DNA of 64,000 nucleotides from Octopus vulgaris (GCA_951406725.2 OX597814.1:177506001-177570000), one strand, 5' to 3'. Shown: positions 25,250-38,620, counted from the first letter of the stretch. Translations and numbers: made by a program. Notes: generated by a model not told the origin, from the letters alone.

Positions 25250-25460
25250 TTAAGGCAGTAAGCGAGCAGAACGATAGCACGCCGAACAAAATACTTAGCG
25301 GAATCTCGTCCGTCTTTACGTCCGTATTTCCGCCTAGGGTGGAATTTGTCTATCATTCGTTTGGGCTCGTTGAAATAAATATCAGTTGAGTACTGAGGCC
25401 GACGTAATCGACATACACCTCCCACAAAATTGCTGGCCTTGTGCCAAAATTTGAAATCAA
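25250..25460 (+). mobile_element. SINE family D, degenerate copy with GGCCTTGTGCCAAAA tail
   Basis: TAAGGCAGTAAGCGAGCAGAACGATAGCACGCCG...AAATTGCTGGCCTTGTGCCAAAATTTGAAA. Confidence 0.65.
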
Positions 25461-26320
25461 TATTTGTTATTGTTCTTCATTTTTATCCCTCGGTCAACAA
25501 TGAATCATCAAATTCATTCGATCCGTAACTATTCTGTTTTGCTGTTCTATTTTAAAGATGAAATTGCAAATTGAGTGAGACTTTGCTCTTATTTCTAACT
25601 AGTCGAACGAACATGAAGAATGATCTTTGTGAGGTAGTGGCAGTAACGTACTGGTGAGTGTGTCAGCTATGCACCGACTGAGCAGACCTATGATCAAAGG
25701 TATTTCAAATATCACCAGCTCGCCTTTTCACAGAGTAACTAGAACTATATCACCTCACGTGTCTTTTCGTAATTTCAGACAGTATAGGGTCTCCTAAGAT
25801 CTCTTCGTTGGCTTGTTCGAGTACCAGATTGCAACTACATACAGAAGGAAATGAATCAACGAACTTCCAGTCGGGTGAATACAGAAACATCGTATCAAAC
25901 CAGCCAGTTACAACTATATATATCTCTATCATGATAAAGAAAATTACTACTGACACGGCACCAGGAAGGCAAGTAGATTGGTAAGTTGTCAGATGTAAAA
26001 ATCAAAGAAATGATTTAGCAGGCACTAACAAATAATGAAGTAGTTTTATTGTAGGTGGAGAGGTGAACATCTAATTGACTAAACTGTTTGTTTAGCTCGT
26101 TAGACAGATTAGTAACTGAATCACTAATGTTAATGTAGATGGTTTGATGCTAATGTATAAGTTTGTATTAGAAGATACGCACATTCATTCATATACGCAT
26201 CAAAAGTATTCTCACGGACATACACACACAAACACATATGTATACATACGCAAGCACCACACACGAACACACACACATATATGTACACACACACACAGAC
26301 GAGATATATGTATATATATG

Positions 26321-26357
<37 letters not shown>

Positions 26358-26471
26358 TATATATATATATATATACATATATGTATATATATGTATATAT
26401 ATATTTACATATATGTATATATGTATATATATATATATATATATATTTATATGTATATATATATATATATA

Positions 26472-26528
<57 letters not shown>

Positions 26529-27130
26529 CATATATATATATACATATATATATATGAACATTCAACCTCAGACAGTCGAGACTAACTGACAGACAGATGG
26601 TCGGAAAGACTGAGAGACAAAACCAATCGAGAATCTTCGCTTTGTGAATCTGTATCAATGACCTTATTAGATTATCGATACAAATTCACGAGTGCCTGCG
26701 CACAGACACCTACAAGCATAGTTCCATATATAGTTTCTCTTCCATTTTCACTTAGTCTCTCGAACAACCCACTCACAAGACCACACACATACACAGAGCC
26801 AACCAGCAACGCATTTTACACAATGACGCCTGGTTGCATTTCTGGTTTGCTAGAAATTCAAATACGCATACGTAAGGACAGCGGAAGAGAATTAAGTAGG
26901 TGGAAAGATAGAAAGATGGTCAGATAGAAACAAAAGCAAACAGACTGTTATTAAAACAAAGCTAAAGTGGGAATGAAATAATTTATATTTCTCTCTTCTT
27001 TCTTCTTTAATGCACAATGAGAGATACTGTTTCTCCTTTACATATTTACACTCACAATGAATTACACATCACGTTCTATCAACACACACACACACACACA
27101 CACACAAACAAACACACATATACACATATA

Positions 27131-27294
27131 GGCGCAGGTGTGGATGTATGGTATGAAGCCTACCTCCCAACCACAGGGTTTTGGGCTTAGTCCCACTGCT
27201 TGGAAACTTGGACAAACGTTCTCTAAAATAGCCTCGGACGGACCAAATCTCTGCGAGTAGATTTGTTAGACGGAAACAGAAAGAAACCCGCCGT
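27131..27294 (+). mobile_element. SINE family A, 5' half
   Basis: GGCGCAGGTGTGGATGTATGGTA...AGACGGAAACAGAAAGAAACCCGCCGT followed by (TA)n(TG)n. Confidence 0.7.
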
Positions 27295-27296
27295 AA

Positions 27297-27377
<81 letters not shown>

Positions 27378-27389
27378 TTATATCTGCAG

Positions 27390-28043
27390 TTATTACGCCA
27401 GACAAACTGCTTAGCGGTATTTCTTCCGATTCATCACGATCTGAATTCAAACTTTGCAGAAGTCGGCTTTGCCTGTCACCCTTTCGGGGTCAATAAAATA
27501 AAGTACCAGGTCAATACAGGGATCGATGTAATTGACTTGCTCCCTCGTCTCAAAATTGTTGGTCTTGTGCCTTTTTTATCGATCTCGGCGGAATTTGAGA
27601 GCAGGGGGTAAAGGCGGACGAAATACCTATTTCTATTTCTTTACTACCCACAAGAGGCTAAAAACAGAGGGGACAAACAAGGACAGACAAACGGATTAAG
27701 TCGATGATATCGACTCCAGTGCGTAACTGGTACTTATTTAATCGACCGCGAAAGGATGAAAGGCAAAGTCGACCTCGGTGGAATTTGAACTCAGAACGTA
27801 GTGGCAGACGAAATACCTATTCCTTTACTACCCACAAGGGACTAAATACGGAGGGGACGAACAAGGAGAGATAAACGGATTAAGTCGATTACATCGACTC
27901 CAGTGCGTAACTGGTACTTAATTTATCGACCCCGAAAGTATGAAGGGCAAAGTCGACCTCGAATTTGAACTTAGAACGTAGCGGCAGACAAAATACAGCT
28001 ACGCATTTCACCCGGCGTACTAACGTTTCTACCAACTCGCCGC
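27390..28043. mobile_element. SINE family D cluster: one plus-strand copy followed by a minus-strand head-to-tail multimer
   Basis: 27390-27572 is on the plus strand. 27576-28043 has two ~190-bp units and a partial third, joined at GACGAAATAC|CTATT. Confidence 0.85.
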
Positions 28044-29631
28044 GATAATAACAATAATAAACACAAAATGTGCAGAAGTGGAATTTCTTTTACCAACTCA
28101 TCCAAACAAACATGAGATGAGGCTAGATTACAAAGAAAATGATTCGGATAAAGATTAAATCGTGGTGTGATTAGTTCCAAGGTTACATTAGTAGAGATCT
28201 ACATCTTTTAAGTAAAGGTCAATCTGGAAACTATTATACTTGTTCTGAAAACTGTGCACATATGGTGCTATGTATATCACATCATATGCTGCCCTACACA
28301 CATACACAGGCTTGAAATTTACGGATTTAAGTCTAAACGCTCAAACAGAAACCAATTTTATTTTTACATGCAACAGTAGAAAGCACTTGGATGTGTAAAT
28401 ACTATTAAACAAAGTCTTCATTTCCAGGTTAATATCATTAATAGGATGCTACAGAGTGGTATCATGTTTGTAAGGTCAGTGCTGTTGCTATTTCTACATG
28501 AGCTACAGTAAAGGAGGTAAGCTTCCTGCCAGCCGAGGCAACGATTCATTGTCAGTAGAATACTTTACGTCATTTCGTTACATTACACCACATTACCTTA
28601 CACTTCATTTCACTTACGCCAATAATGCACTCGGGATAATGGTCATAACGTCAGGATATCCACTTTCCCACATGACCCAAAATATAGAAACTTTCATCAT
28701 TGTCGATTCTGGGTTAAGAACACCTCGGGAGGAACGCATGTACTTTTAATTCAATCATTCATTCATCAAAGGTCGATAAAATTACTATCATTATCACTAA
28801 CCCACTGAATCTAATACTGTGGACTTTAGTTTAAGAAATATTTGTAACAAATAAAAATATTCCTCGGAATGGAAAATGGCGTAACACTGGAGGCAACTGA
28901 CTGACGTGTCAAGTCCATAATACCAGTTCACTAATTAAAGTTCTTAGGAAAACAATGTACCTCACGATATAGTGCAACAGACACATACACATACTTAAGC
29001 ATAAGAATTTAAAACTAATGCCCCCAGGCCAAAATCAATATTATTTTAATATCGAGATGAAAAGAGCACTTGGAGATTTAACACAACGACTCGATTTCAA
29101 TTCCCATTTGAAGTCACTTTGCTTCCCTTATCGCACTACCACTTAAAAGAAAGACATAGACATGAAAGGAAAGAATTTTTATCTGTTACAATGTCTAAGG
29201 ACCTCCGTTTACATATTGGAAGTCAATATCTGAGAACTTACATTTTTCAAAAATAGTTTTTAAAATCCAGAATGTTGATTTTCAAATGATGGCCGAGTGT
29301 ATATGATATTAAACAATGGTTGACAGAGAAGTTGACGTTCGAATCCTTCACAAGTACAGTATTATTTTCTTAGCTAAAACAGCTCTAACGGCCTCTTTAC
29401 TGTAAGTTGCAATCAGAGAGCAGTGATATTTCATTGTTTTAAATGATAAACGAAGAGTGAAATTACGGGCTACTATTTTTTATCTGAACATGTAGGTAAC
29501 CTTTATCAAAAGATAGACTAAAACGGTGACAAAGATTACATTCTTAATAGTGCCGCCAAAGATCCGATTCAGTTCTTTATTTATGAAATCAACATTAGTT
29601 TCTATAATTTCTAGTTTCACTTTCTTTTTTC

Positions 29632-29837
29632 TTTTACTTTCTTTTACTTGATTCAGTCATTTGACTGCGGCCATGCTGGAGCACCGCCTTTAGTCGAGCA
29701 AATCGACCCCAAGACTTATTCTTTTGTAAGCCTAGTACTTATTCTATCGGTCTATTTTGCCGAACCGCTAGGTTTCGTGGACATGAACACATCAGCATCG
29801 GTTGTCAAGCGATTTTGGCGGGACAAACACAGACACA

Positions 29838-29892
<55 letters not shown>

Positions 29893-30096
29893 ACATATAT
29901 ATAATATATATATATATATATATACATATACAGGACAGGCTTCCTTCAGTTTCCATCTACCAAATCCACTCACAGGGCTTTGGTCGGCCCGATGCTATAG
30001 TAGAAGACAATTGCCCAAAGTGCCTCGCACTGGGACTGAACCCGGATCCATGTAGCTGGTAAGCAAGCTACTTACCACACAGCCACTCCTGCGCCT
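29632..30096 (-). mobile_element. SINE family A, best-preserved full copy
   Basis: Head AGGCGCAGGAGTGGCTGTGTGGTAAGTAGCTTGC...GGGTTCAGTCCC, internal (TA)n(TG)n, tail AAAGGCGGTGCTCCAGCATGGCCGCAGTCAAATGACTGAATCAAGTAAAAG. Confidence 0.9.
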
Positions 30097-30323
30097 ATGT
30101 ACAGATGATTTCAATGAACATCACACATTATATTCCATTAACTCCATAGCACGTGCTTGCATTGCAACACAATATTTTCTACTTTATGCTTCTGGATTAG
30201 ACAGTATCATTAAAAATCTTCGCAGTAGATGAAGCACAGAAAGCAAACAACAAGGAAGACTAAAGCAAAACAAAACAATAACAAAGCAAAAAATCGCTCA
30301 TGAGAAAAAGATGTATGTGTGTG

Positions 30324-30361
<38 letters not shown>

Positions 30362-30570
30362 GAAGAAACAACATAACTAAGGGAAGTAAAGGAACATCTA
30401 GTTAGTATCTTTCCGCTGCGAGACATGCATTTAAATTCTTGATAATATATCTGTAATAAGCCACAAGAACTCGTTAGTCTTCTTATATAACATATATAGA
30501 TATATACACACATATATAAATACATACTGATATGCATATATATATATAAATATATATACATATATATATA

Positions 30571-30619
<49 letters not shown>

Positions 30620-30686
30620 ATATATTTATATATATACATATATATATATTTATACCTATATATATATTTATATATATATTTATATG

Positions 30687-30760
<74 letters not shown>

Positions 30761-30891
30761 AATATATATATATATACACACATATACATATATACACACA
30801 CACACACACATATACATATATATATACACACACACATATACATATATATATATTTATATATATATATATATACACACACATATATATTTAC

Positions 30892-30939
<48 letters not shown>

Positions 30940-31604
30940 ATGAATGTACACATATATGGATACAAACATATATGATAAATATATGATGAATGTCACAATC
31001 TATAGTCATTTATTACTAATGAAGTGAATGCAAGGGACCTCTGAGGTGAAATTTTATAATATTCTTGTCTCCCTACAACTGACAGATGACTTTTACGATA
31101 GATACACAAACACATTCACTGGCGTGTAATACACAGCAGGTTCCGATATGCATATACATCACTATCTTAATATACACACACCCACATTTATATATATATA
31201 CACGCACACACTTATATATGTGCGTGTGTGTTTCTGTTCCTGTGTATCCTGAAATGTGAATCACCAGTGCTACTTCAAATCTCCGTCTCGTACACACAAA
31301 CACACAGATGCTGAAGACCATGCACAATGTTATACGTGCTGAATGTTTTAGCTCTTACTAGAAATATTTCCTCTGTGTGTGTGTTGTGTGTGTGTATATT
31401 ATGCATGCGCGCGTGTGTACCCGTTTACATATGTATATGTGCACATGTATATATGTATTAGTAATATGCTTATATATGTATAGATATTGCCATATATGTG
31501 CGTATATTTCTTTATGTAGGTATATCTTTATACATTCATGCATACATAAATACATATATATGCATATATATATATATGTGTACATATATATATGTATATG
31601 TATA

Positions 31605-31635
<31 letters not shown>

Positions 31636-31660
31636 CGTATTCATTTATATATATGTATAT

Positions 31661-31709
<49 letters not shown>

Positions 31710-31854
31710 GTATGCATTTATATATATGTATATGTATATATTATGTGTGTATATATATATATATACGTATGCAGTTATATAGTGAAGGCGCATGGCTCAG
31801 TGGTTATGTATAAATGACCAAAGGGGTCATTTATATATATACATATATAAAAGA

Positions 31855-31894
<40 letters not shown>

Positions 31895-31895
31895 A

Positions 31896-32160
31896 TACAA
31901 ATCTGATCAATAAGTATCCGGACTATTGCTATAATAACGAAGCTAAAGCTCGGAAATGATTTACCTTCTACTCTGCTGTGTATGTGCACAACTTTTAGCA
32001 TTCTAGCTTATTTTCGCTATTTACAGCAGTGTTTGGAAGGAAGTTGTGTAGCGAGAGATCCTACATTGAACATAACAGAGAAAGCTGAGCAGAGAATCTG
32101 CATTAAATTTTATCAAATGCTTGGCGATATCTTCTGAAAGGCCTACGCAAAATTTTCTAA
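31896..32160 (+). mobile_element. Mariner 5' fragment (TIR, UTR, start of transposase)
   Basis: TCTGATCAATAAGTATCCGGACT terminus; ITEKAEQRICIKFYQMLGD matches the mariner N-terminal EQRxxIKFC motif. Confidence 0.75.
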
Positions 32161-32299
32161 GAATTTTCATCGCTCACAACACAAGCAAGGAGATATTGTG
32201 CAACTGAGAGCCGAGTGTGTTTTTAGTCATGTGAATGTTTTCCCGCAAACTTTGAAGACATGCATCTCATGCCCAAATATTCCTATATATGTAGGAATA

Positions 32300-32476
32300 T
32301 AACTATTTTTTCCCCTCTGTCTTCCCTTCTCTGGATCTTTCCTTCTCCTATGTCTCCGACGAAGAGCTCCGCTCGAAACGTTAAACCCTCTTTCTTTCCT
32401 GAGCGTCCAATAATACTATATTTGTTCCACGTCCTCGCGTTGTGTGTTTTGGTGTTTTCTTGTTTGGATTAACTTT
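32300..32476 (+). mobile_element. Family E HHR repeat; HHR at 32352-32386
   Basis: GTCT-CCGACGA-A-GAGC(TCC)GCTC-GAAAC-GTT-AAAC; the 3' end abuts (TA)n. Confidence 0.7.
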
Positions 32477-32485
32477 ATATATATG

Positions 32486-32556
<71 letters not shown>

Positions 32557-32562
32557 ATATAT

Positions 32563-33058
32563 ATCTGAACTAAGCAGTAATCTGCACATCTTCTGATAAC
32601 ACACGGATGGTGATTCGACGATTTCCCATCACAGTTGCACACACATCTGCCATCGTTTTCTCAGTTCTGCTGGTTGCAGGTCTTTCAAAACTTTCATCAA
32701 ATATCGACATTGTTTTGGTCATCTTGGAAACGTCTCAACCACACGAACCTTGTGTGGGGCCCATACACTCGTCTCCATACACTTTCTGCAACTTTGCGTA
32801 AGTATCGCCGTGAAAACTTTCTATGTCTTGCGTAGGTATCACCATGACAACTTTCGCTGTCATGTCAATGCGACGATCACACACTGCACACCTGCACACC
32901 TTCCTTCCAAGCACTGCTGTAAACAGCAGATGTGAGCTAGAAAGTAAAAACTTAGTGTGCATGCCCAACAGAAGCCTGGGCCAATCTGTGCCCAGCGCTG
33001 TCCCTCTGTGTGACGGAGTTTCGTTACTATCGCAACAATGGTGATACTTATTGATCAA
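32563..33058 (-). mobile_element. Mariner 5' fragment (TIR and HTH region), same family as 31896-32160
   Basis: TGATCAATAAGTATC terminus; DTYAKLQKVYGDECMGPTQ..FVWLRRFQDDQNNVD..ERPATSRTEKTMADVCATVMGNRRITIRVLSEDVQI. Confidence 0.85.
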
Positions 33059-33062
33059 AATA

Positions 33063-33095
<33 letters not shown>

Positions 33096-33123
33096 TTATA
33101 TATAGATATGTATATATATATAT

Positions 33124-33155
<32 letters not shown>

Positions 33156-33203
33156 TTATATATATTTGTATATATACTCTTTTTTATGCTTTTTATTTGT
33201 TGC

Positions 33204-33511
33204 AGGTATAAACAGTAGCTGCACGACATCGTGAAATATATTTGCCACTTAAATGGGGCTAACCGTTAAGGGTGGATGCTACTGTAGCTTGTAGCCCCAG
33301 GAGGACACCACCCCCGCTGGATATTGACACAATTTCTGTGCCCTATCAGTATTTGCAAAGGGAAGCCATCCTTCACAGCTCCATCCTCAATAGCCAGCTG
33401 GAAGATGTGTATTCCTGGGGCTACAAGCTACAGTAGCATCCACCCTTAAGGGTTAGGCACATTCAGATGGCAAATATACTTCACGATGTCGTGTAGCTAC
33501 AGTTTATACCT
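33204..33511. mobile_element. Foldback/MITE-like element with ~125-bp inverted arms
   Basis: AGGTATAAACAGTAGCTGCACGACATCGTGAA...TAAGGGTGGATGCTACTGTAGCTTGTAGCCCCAGGA and its reverse complement, around a ~60-bp spacer. Confidence 0.85.
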
Positions 33512-33689
33512 CCTTCAGATATTTATTATTGCTTGTTTACAAACACACACACTCACACATACATACACACACACACACACACTACACACTTGCACACACA
33601 CACACTCGCACACACACTCGCACACACACACACACTCGCACACACACACTCGCACACACACACACACAAACACACACACATATATATAC

Positions 33690-33846
33690 AAGTATGCGAC
33701 GAGCTTCTTTTAGTTTCCGCCAGTCAAATACACTCACAAGGCTTAGGTCGGTACGTGGCTGTAGTAGAAGACACTTGCCCACGATAGCACGCAGTGGGAC
33801 TGAACTTGGAATCATGTGGTTGGTAAGTAAGCCACTTACCACACAG

Positions 33847-33850
<4 letters not shown>
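33690..33850 (-). mobile_element. SINE family A, 5' half
   Basis: AGTAGAAGACACTTGCCC...CAGTGGGACTGAAC...CTTACCACACAG. Confidence 0.75.
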
Positions 33851-33886
<36 letters not shown>

Positions 33887-33938
33887 CATATAACAATATA
33901 TATATATAACACCATATATATGTAGGTATATAACTATA

Positions 33939-34190
33939 TCTCTTATTATAAAAGGCAGATTTTATCTGCCTCCCTTTGTATCTTATAGAAATCTACAATA
34001 TAGGATTTCTTCAATTACAATTTACCTAGCATTTTTAAGAGTAGAATGCATCGGGTCATGCCAGGTCCAGTTTTTAAAATTTCAACCCCAATTAAGCAAA
34101 ATTTAGAGAAAACTCACATTGTGGTGTATATGTCAAATGTTTTTCTTAGTGTGGGATACAGCACACGCAAACGCACACACACACAAAGGG
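33939..34190 (+). mobile_element. Helitron-like 5' module H1
   Basis: A|TCTCTTATTATAAAAGGCAGATTTTATCTGCCT: 5' TC after A, with a small hairpin. Homologous to 59612-59859 (-). Confidence 0.65.
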
Positions 34191-34254
34191 AGCGAACTGT
34201 TTCACTGACGCTATCACCCTTCTCCTCCTTTGTCTTTGCAAGTTTGCAGCTATT

Positions 34255-34910
34255 ACAGTGAAAACAGTGAATCCGACAGCGATTAAGAAAATGAATTGGT
34301 ACCTGAATGGAGTGAAAATTTAAAAACTGTTTCTTTCGGTGATTTTTCTGAAGAAACTGCACCAAGCCACAGACTTTCCCAGAAGAGTAAAGCCTTAAAC
34401 TATTTCTATTTACTTTTTCGAATGAGCCTATTTGAAATCATTACGGCAGAAACGAACCGTTACGCTAAACGTAAACAAAACGAAAGAAAGGATAGTTTGT
34501 TATTTCCCACAACCTTAAATGAAATTAAGGCCTATTTTGCCATAAATATTATTATGGGTATCAGAAAGTTACCCAGAATAACAAATTCTATCGTAAAATT
34601 TTCTTGTATACCCAATTGAATATTAGCTAATAACCCATTTTTTGTTTGAACAAAATTTTAATAATTTTATATATTGTTGAATTTACCTGTATCTACCTGC
34701 AATTAGAGTTACTTTGTGACAAAAATTATAGTATAGAATTGGTTGAGGACATTTCATTAAATTATCTTCCAAAAATCACATTAATATATTGATAAATAAA
34801 AAAGTTATAGTTGTTTAATGAAACCAGACTAAATTTATGATTACGTTAGAAATTAATTGAAACACATAAGGGGTGTATTTTGGTCAGAAATATAGTAACG
34901 AAAGGGTTAA
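34255..34910 (+). mobile_element. piggyBac relic: transposase N-terminal fragment and right end with TTAA
   Basis: FSEETAPSHRLSQKSKALNYFYLLFRMSLFEIITAETNRYAKRKQ...PTTLNEIKAYFAINIIMGIRKLP has the PGBD-type ETNRYA and EIKAFxG..MG motifs. Ends GTAACGAAAGGG|TTAA at 34906/34907. Confidence 0.85.
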
Positions 34911-35018
34911 GAAAAACCAAAAAATATTTTATTCTTTATAAATGTTGTATTCAAAATAACATTTTCTTTTAAGAATGTGTATATAACAAAGTATGTGTAT
35001 ATAACTACGTGGCTTATA

Positions 35019-35414
35019 TCTTTATATATAAAAGTCAAGTTGTGTGTCTGTCTCCTACGATTTAGATTCCTAACTACTCCCACATTTTGCGGTGCAGTGT
35101 AACCAAAACCGGGTATCTTATAGTCGTGAGTCATATCGAGCCCTTCTGGGTATTAGCGCGCGTCTACGATGAGTCTACGATTTAAAAAAATTACCATCAT
35201 ATTTTTCCATTTTAATGCATTTTTTTCGCTATTATATAAGGGAAGTAACTCTCTAAAAATATCTACGATGTGTCAACGATTTAAAAAGAAATTTACCTTA
35301 ATTTTTTTTTCCATTTTTAATGCATTTTTTTCCTATTTTTTGGTTATAACTCTAAAAAATGTTTATATAGTTATTTCCCTTACAAACCCGAGCAACGCCG
35401 GGCGATACTGCTAG
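35019..35414 (+). mobile_element. Complete non-autonomous Helitron, family H2
   Basis: A|TC 5' end, 3' hairpin CCCGAGCAACGCCGGG, CTAG|T terminus, no TSD. Confidence 0.9.
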
Positions 35415-36274
35415 TATATATATATGTGTGTGTGTGTGTATGTATATACACGCTTTAAGATACATTGATAGATAGAATCATCGGTGGATAAATGTACAGA
35501 TGAAAATGTACGTAAATTGTAGAAATATATAGATTATATCAATATACACACACAAGCATTCACACGAGTATGCAATCATACACTCGTTCATACATGCATC
35601 CGCATAAACATGCACACACAAACACAAATACGCGCGCGCACACGCATTTATAAATATGTACATGATGTACGAATATATTTATAGATATGCTTTCATCCTT
35701 TCATGCCTCATACATCCGTGTGTACAGATTTACATACAGCCACAGAATACGACTTCAACAAATTAACTGTGGCTAAGTAATTAGTGGATATCTTAACAGC
35801 ACTTCTCTGAGGGTCGTTTAGATTCGTCTCATCATTTATATAGCATGCATTATCAACGAATCTAAACAGTGAAAAATCATGTCATTTTATAAGGTTGCCT
35901 TGACAACTCCATGAAGAGAGCGATCATCTTGTCACCATAGTAACTAGATTCTAATCGAATGTTACTGGATGTAAAGGATTTTACAACACTGATGGCTTTA
36001 GTGACGTGAGAATAGATAACTTCTTTTTCTCTGGTTTTCTTCTTGTTGTTTAATTATTTTTGTTAGTTTTAATGCATATTTCTTTCCTTCCTTTCAAACG
36101 TTTTCTCTTTATTTCCCATCCGCCATCTTTTTCGCTCACTCGTTCCTTTTCTTAAGGAGATATTCTCGATGGGCATTTTGTAATGAATGCCATACCTTCA
36201 CAGTTAAACACACGCCCACATGAAGATACACGCACTACACATGCGCACACGACTGCATACGTCTACATACATAC

Positions 36275-36905
36275 GAATGGCTGTGTGGTTACGAATTTCG
36301 CTTTGTAGCCACATGTTTTGCGTTCAGTGCCTTGGGCATGTATTTTCTAATAAAGATCTGGGCCGGCCAATGCTTTGCGAGGGAATTTGGTTGACAATGT
36401 AAGGCGGCGAGCTGGCAGAAACGTTAGCATGCCGTATTTCGTCTGCCGTTACGTTCTGAGTTCAAATTCCACCGAGGTCGGCTTTGCCTTTCATCCTTTC
36501 GAGGTCGATTAAATAAGTACCAGTTACGCACTGGGGCCGATATAATCGACTTAATCCGTTTGTCTGTCCTTGTTTGTCCCCTCTGTGTTTAGCTCCTTGT
36601 GAGCAGTGAAGAAATAAGTAACAGTAAGTACGTATGTATGCATGTATGTATGTATGAATGTATGTATGTATGCATGCATGTATGTATGTATATATGTATG
36701 TATGAAATTATGTATGTAAATGTATATGTGTATACATGCTTGTGCGTGTGTCTGTGTTTAACCGTACCCTCAATTGAAAACCACTGTTGGTTTGCTTACC
36801 AACAGTGACCGATAAAATAAGTGCCAGAATTAAGTATCAGTACAGGCGTTGATTTCTTTGATTATATCCTTCGAGGCGATGCCCCAGTATGGCTGAAGTG
36901 AAATA
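36275..36905 (+). mobile_element. Degenerate SINE A interrupted by a SINE D copy (36400-36617)
   Basis: A head at 36275-36399 and A tail at ~36740-36905 (AGGCGATGCCCCAGTATGGC), with a near-complete D copy in between. Confidence 0.75.
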
Positions 36906-36995
36906 AACCCAGCAAAATAGATGGGTAATACAGGTGCGGGTGTGTGGTAAGACACTCGCTTCCTAACCCCATGGATCCGGGTTCAGAGAAAGACT

Positions 36996-37031
<36 letters not shown>

Positions 37032-38009
37032 AAAAGAGAATGAAAGAGAGAAAGAAAGAGAGCGTCTGAGTGCCGCTTAGACATCACTCACTCTGTCTCT
37101 CTCACACACGCACACATACATACAAAAATGATGTATGCATATGTATTTATGCATGTACGTATACAAGATAACACACCCCTCCATTCACACTCTCTCTCTC
37201 TATCTCACTAACACGCACATACATAAATGCATACAAACGTAGATACAAAAACACACGCGTGCGTATGTGACTGCCTACAAATATACAGAGTTGAACACGG
37301 CGCTTTAAAATTAAATAAAAAAAAATGTTACAGCAATTAACAAAGAATTCGGGTTCAAGCGAAAGAATGCCCATATTTCTTGGACGCCCCGTGTTGAATT
37401 GCAAAACTGTAATGTGATACTTGTGTAAAAAAGAAATCAAACCTGTTTTGTGTGCGTATGTGTGTGTGTTTTTATTACAGAAACAGTGTATTCGTCTATA
37501 TTAGAGATACAGTGTGTGTGTTTGTGTGTGTGTGTGTGAGGGAGAGAGAGACAGAGAGAGAGAGGGATAGAGACATTACAAACAATGAATGAAATAAACA
37601 CGAAATGAAAAAGTCGTATAAATAAAAGCTCGTTAAAAGCTATCTTTCACCGAATATTTAAATTTGTGAACTTAAAATATTCAATAATAAAAGGAAGTTC
37701 AGAAAGCAAATTTTCTTGAACACATCAATTTATAAAAGAAAAAATCTCACTTGCTTAGTAAATATTTCTCTCAGTAATTTATCGTAGTTGTTTGCAAACA
37801 GCGAATGAAAACTTGAAGTGAAAACATTAAAAGAGAGAGTGAGACGTCTCGCAAATGGAAACGGAAAATTTCGCCTGCAACGAATTAATACTGTTTAGGT
37901 AGTGGTTACGTCAATACCGCAAGTTGACATTGAGAAACTTTTTTAAAGAAGTGAATCATATATATAGAGCAATATTATTTATTTTTAATGAAAAAATATA
38001 CTAAAGACC

Positions 38010-38139
38010 CTATTATGTATCCGAGGTTAAATTATTCATGCATCCCAAGTTTAGAACGAATTCGAGCAGCCATTTTATCTTGAAAAGCGAATACTCACAC
38101 ACACACACACACACACACAAGTCTATTTTGTATAACAGA
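38010..38139 (-). mobile_element. Possible Helitron-like 5' fragment
   Basis: Minus strand A|TCTGTTATACAAAATAGACTTGTGTGTG resembles the H2 5' end; no 3' end found. Confidence 0.3.
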
Positions 38140-38561
38140 TATACGTTTGTCTGTACGCAAACATAATTGTAAAACCATGTGGGTGGCAATTATGGAGAAT
38201 GAACGCAAGCACGCGCGCCTGCACATACGCGTGAGTGTGTATGTTTATGAAAGCAAACTTTGAATTCTTTCTATCTATATGTGTATGGGTCTGTCTTTCT
38301 GTCTGTCAGTGAGTCTGTCTTTCTGTTTGTGTTTCTGTTTGTCCGTCTGTCTATCTATCCATGTATCTACACACACACACACACACACATGCATACATAA
38401 TATCAAAATTATACATTGGTATTACAAATGTATACAACGGTAATAAATATGTATAAAATACCATTAAAAAGATGAAAGTGGAACATGGTTGACTTCAACA
38501 TAGCACACGCACACAAACACATACACACATACACAAATATACGTGTACATGTGTGCGTGTT

Positions 38562-38608
<47 letters not shown>

Positions 38609-38620
38609 CATAAATATGCA

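Noticed and set aside
34296-34619. Domesticated PGBD gene exon
   Set aside because: It is a short N-terminal fragment without the catalytic core and is followed by a transposon end with TTAA.
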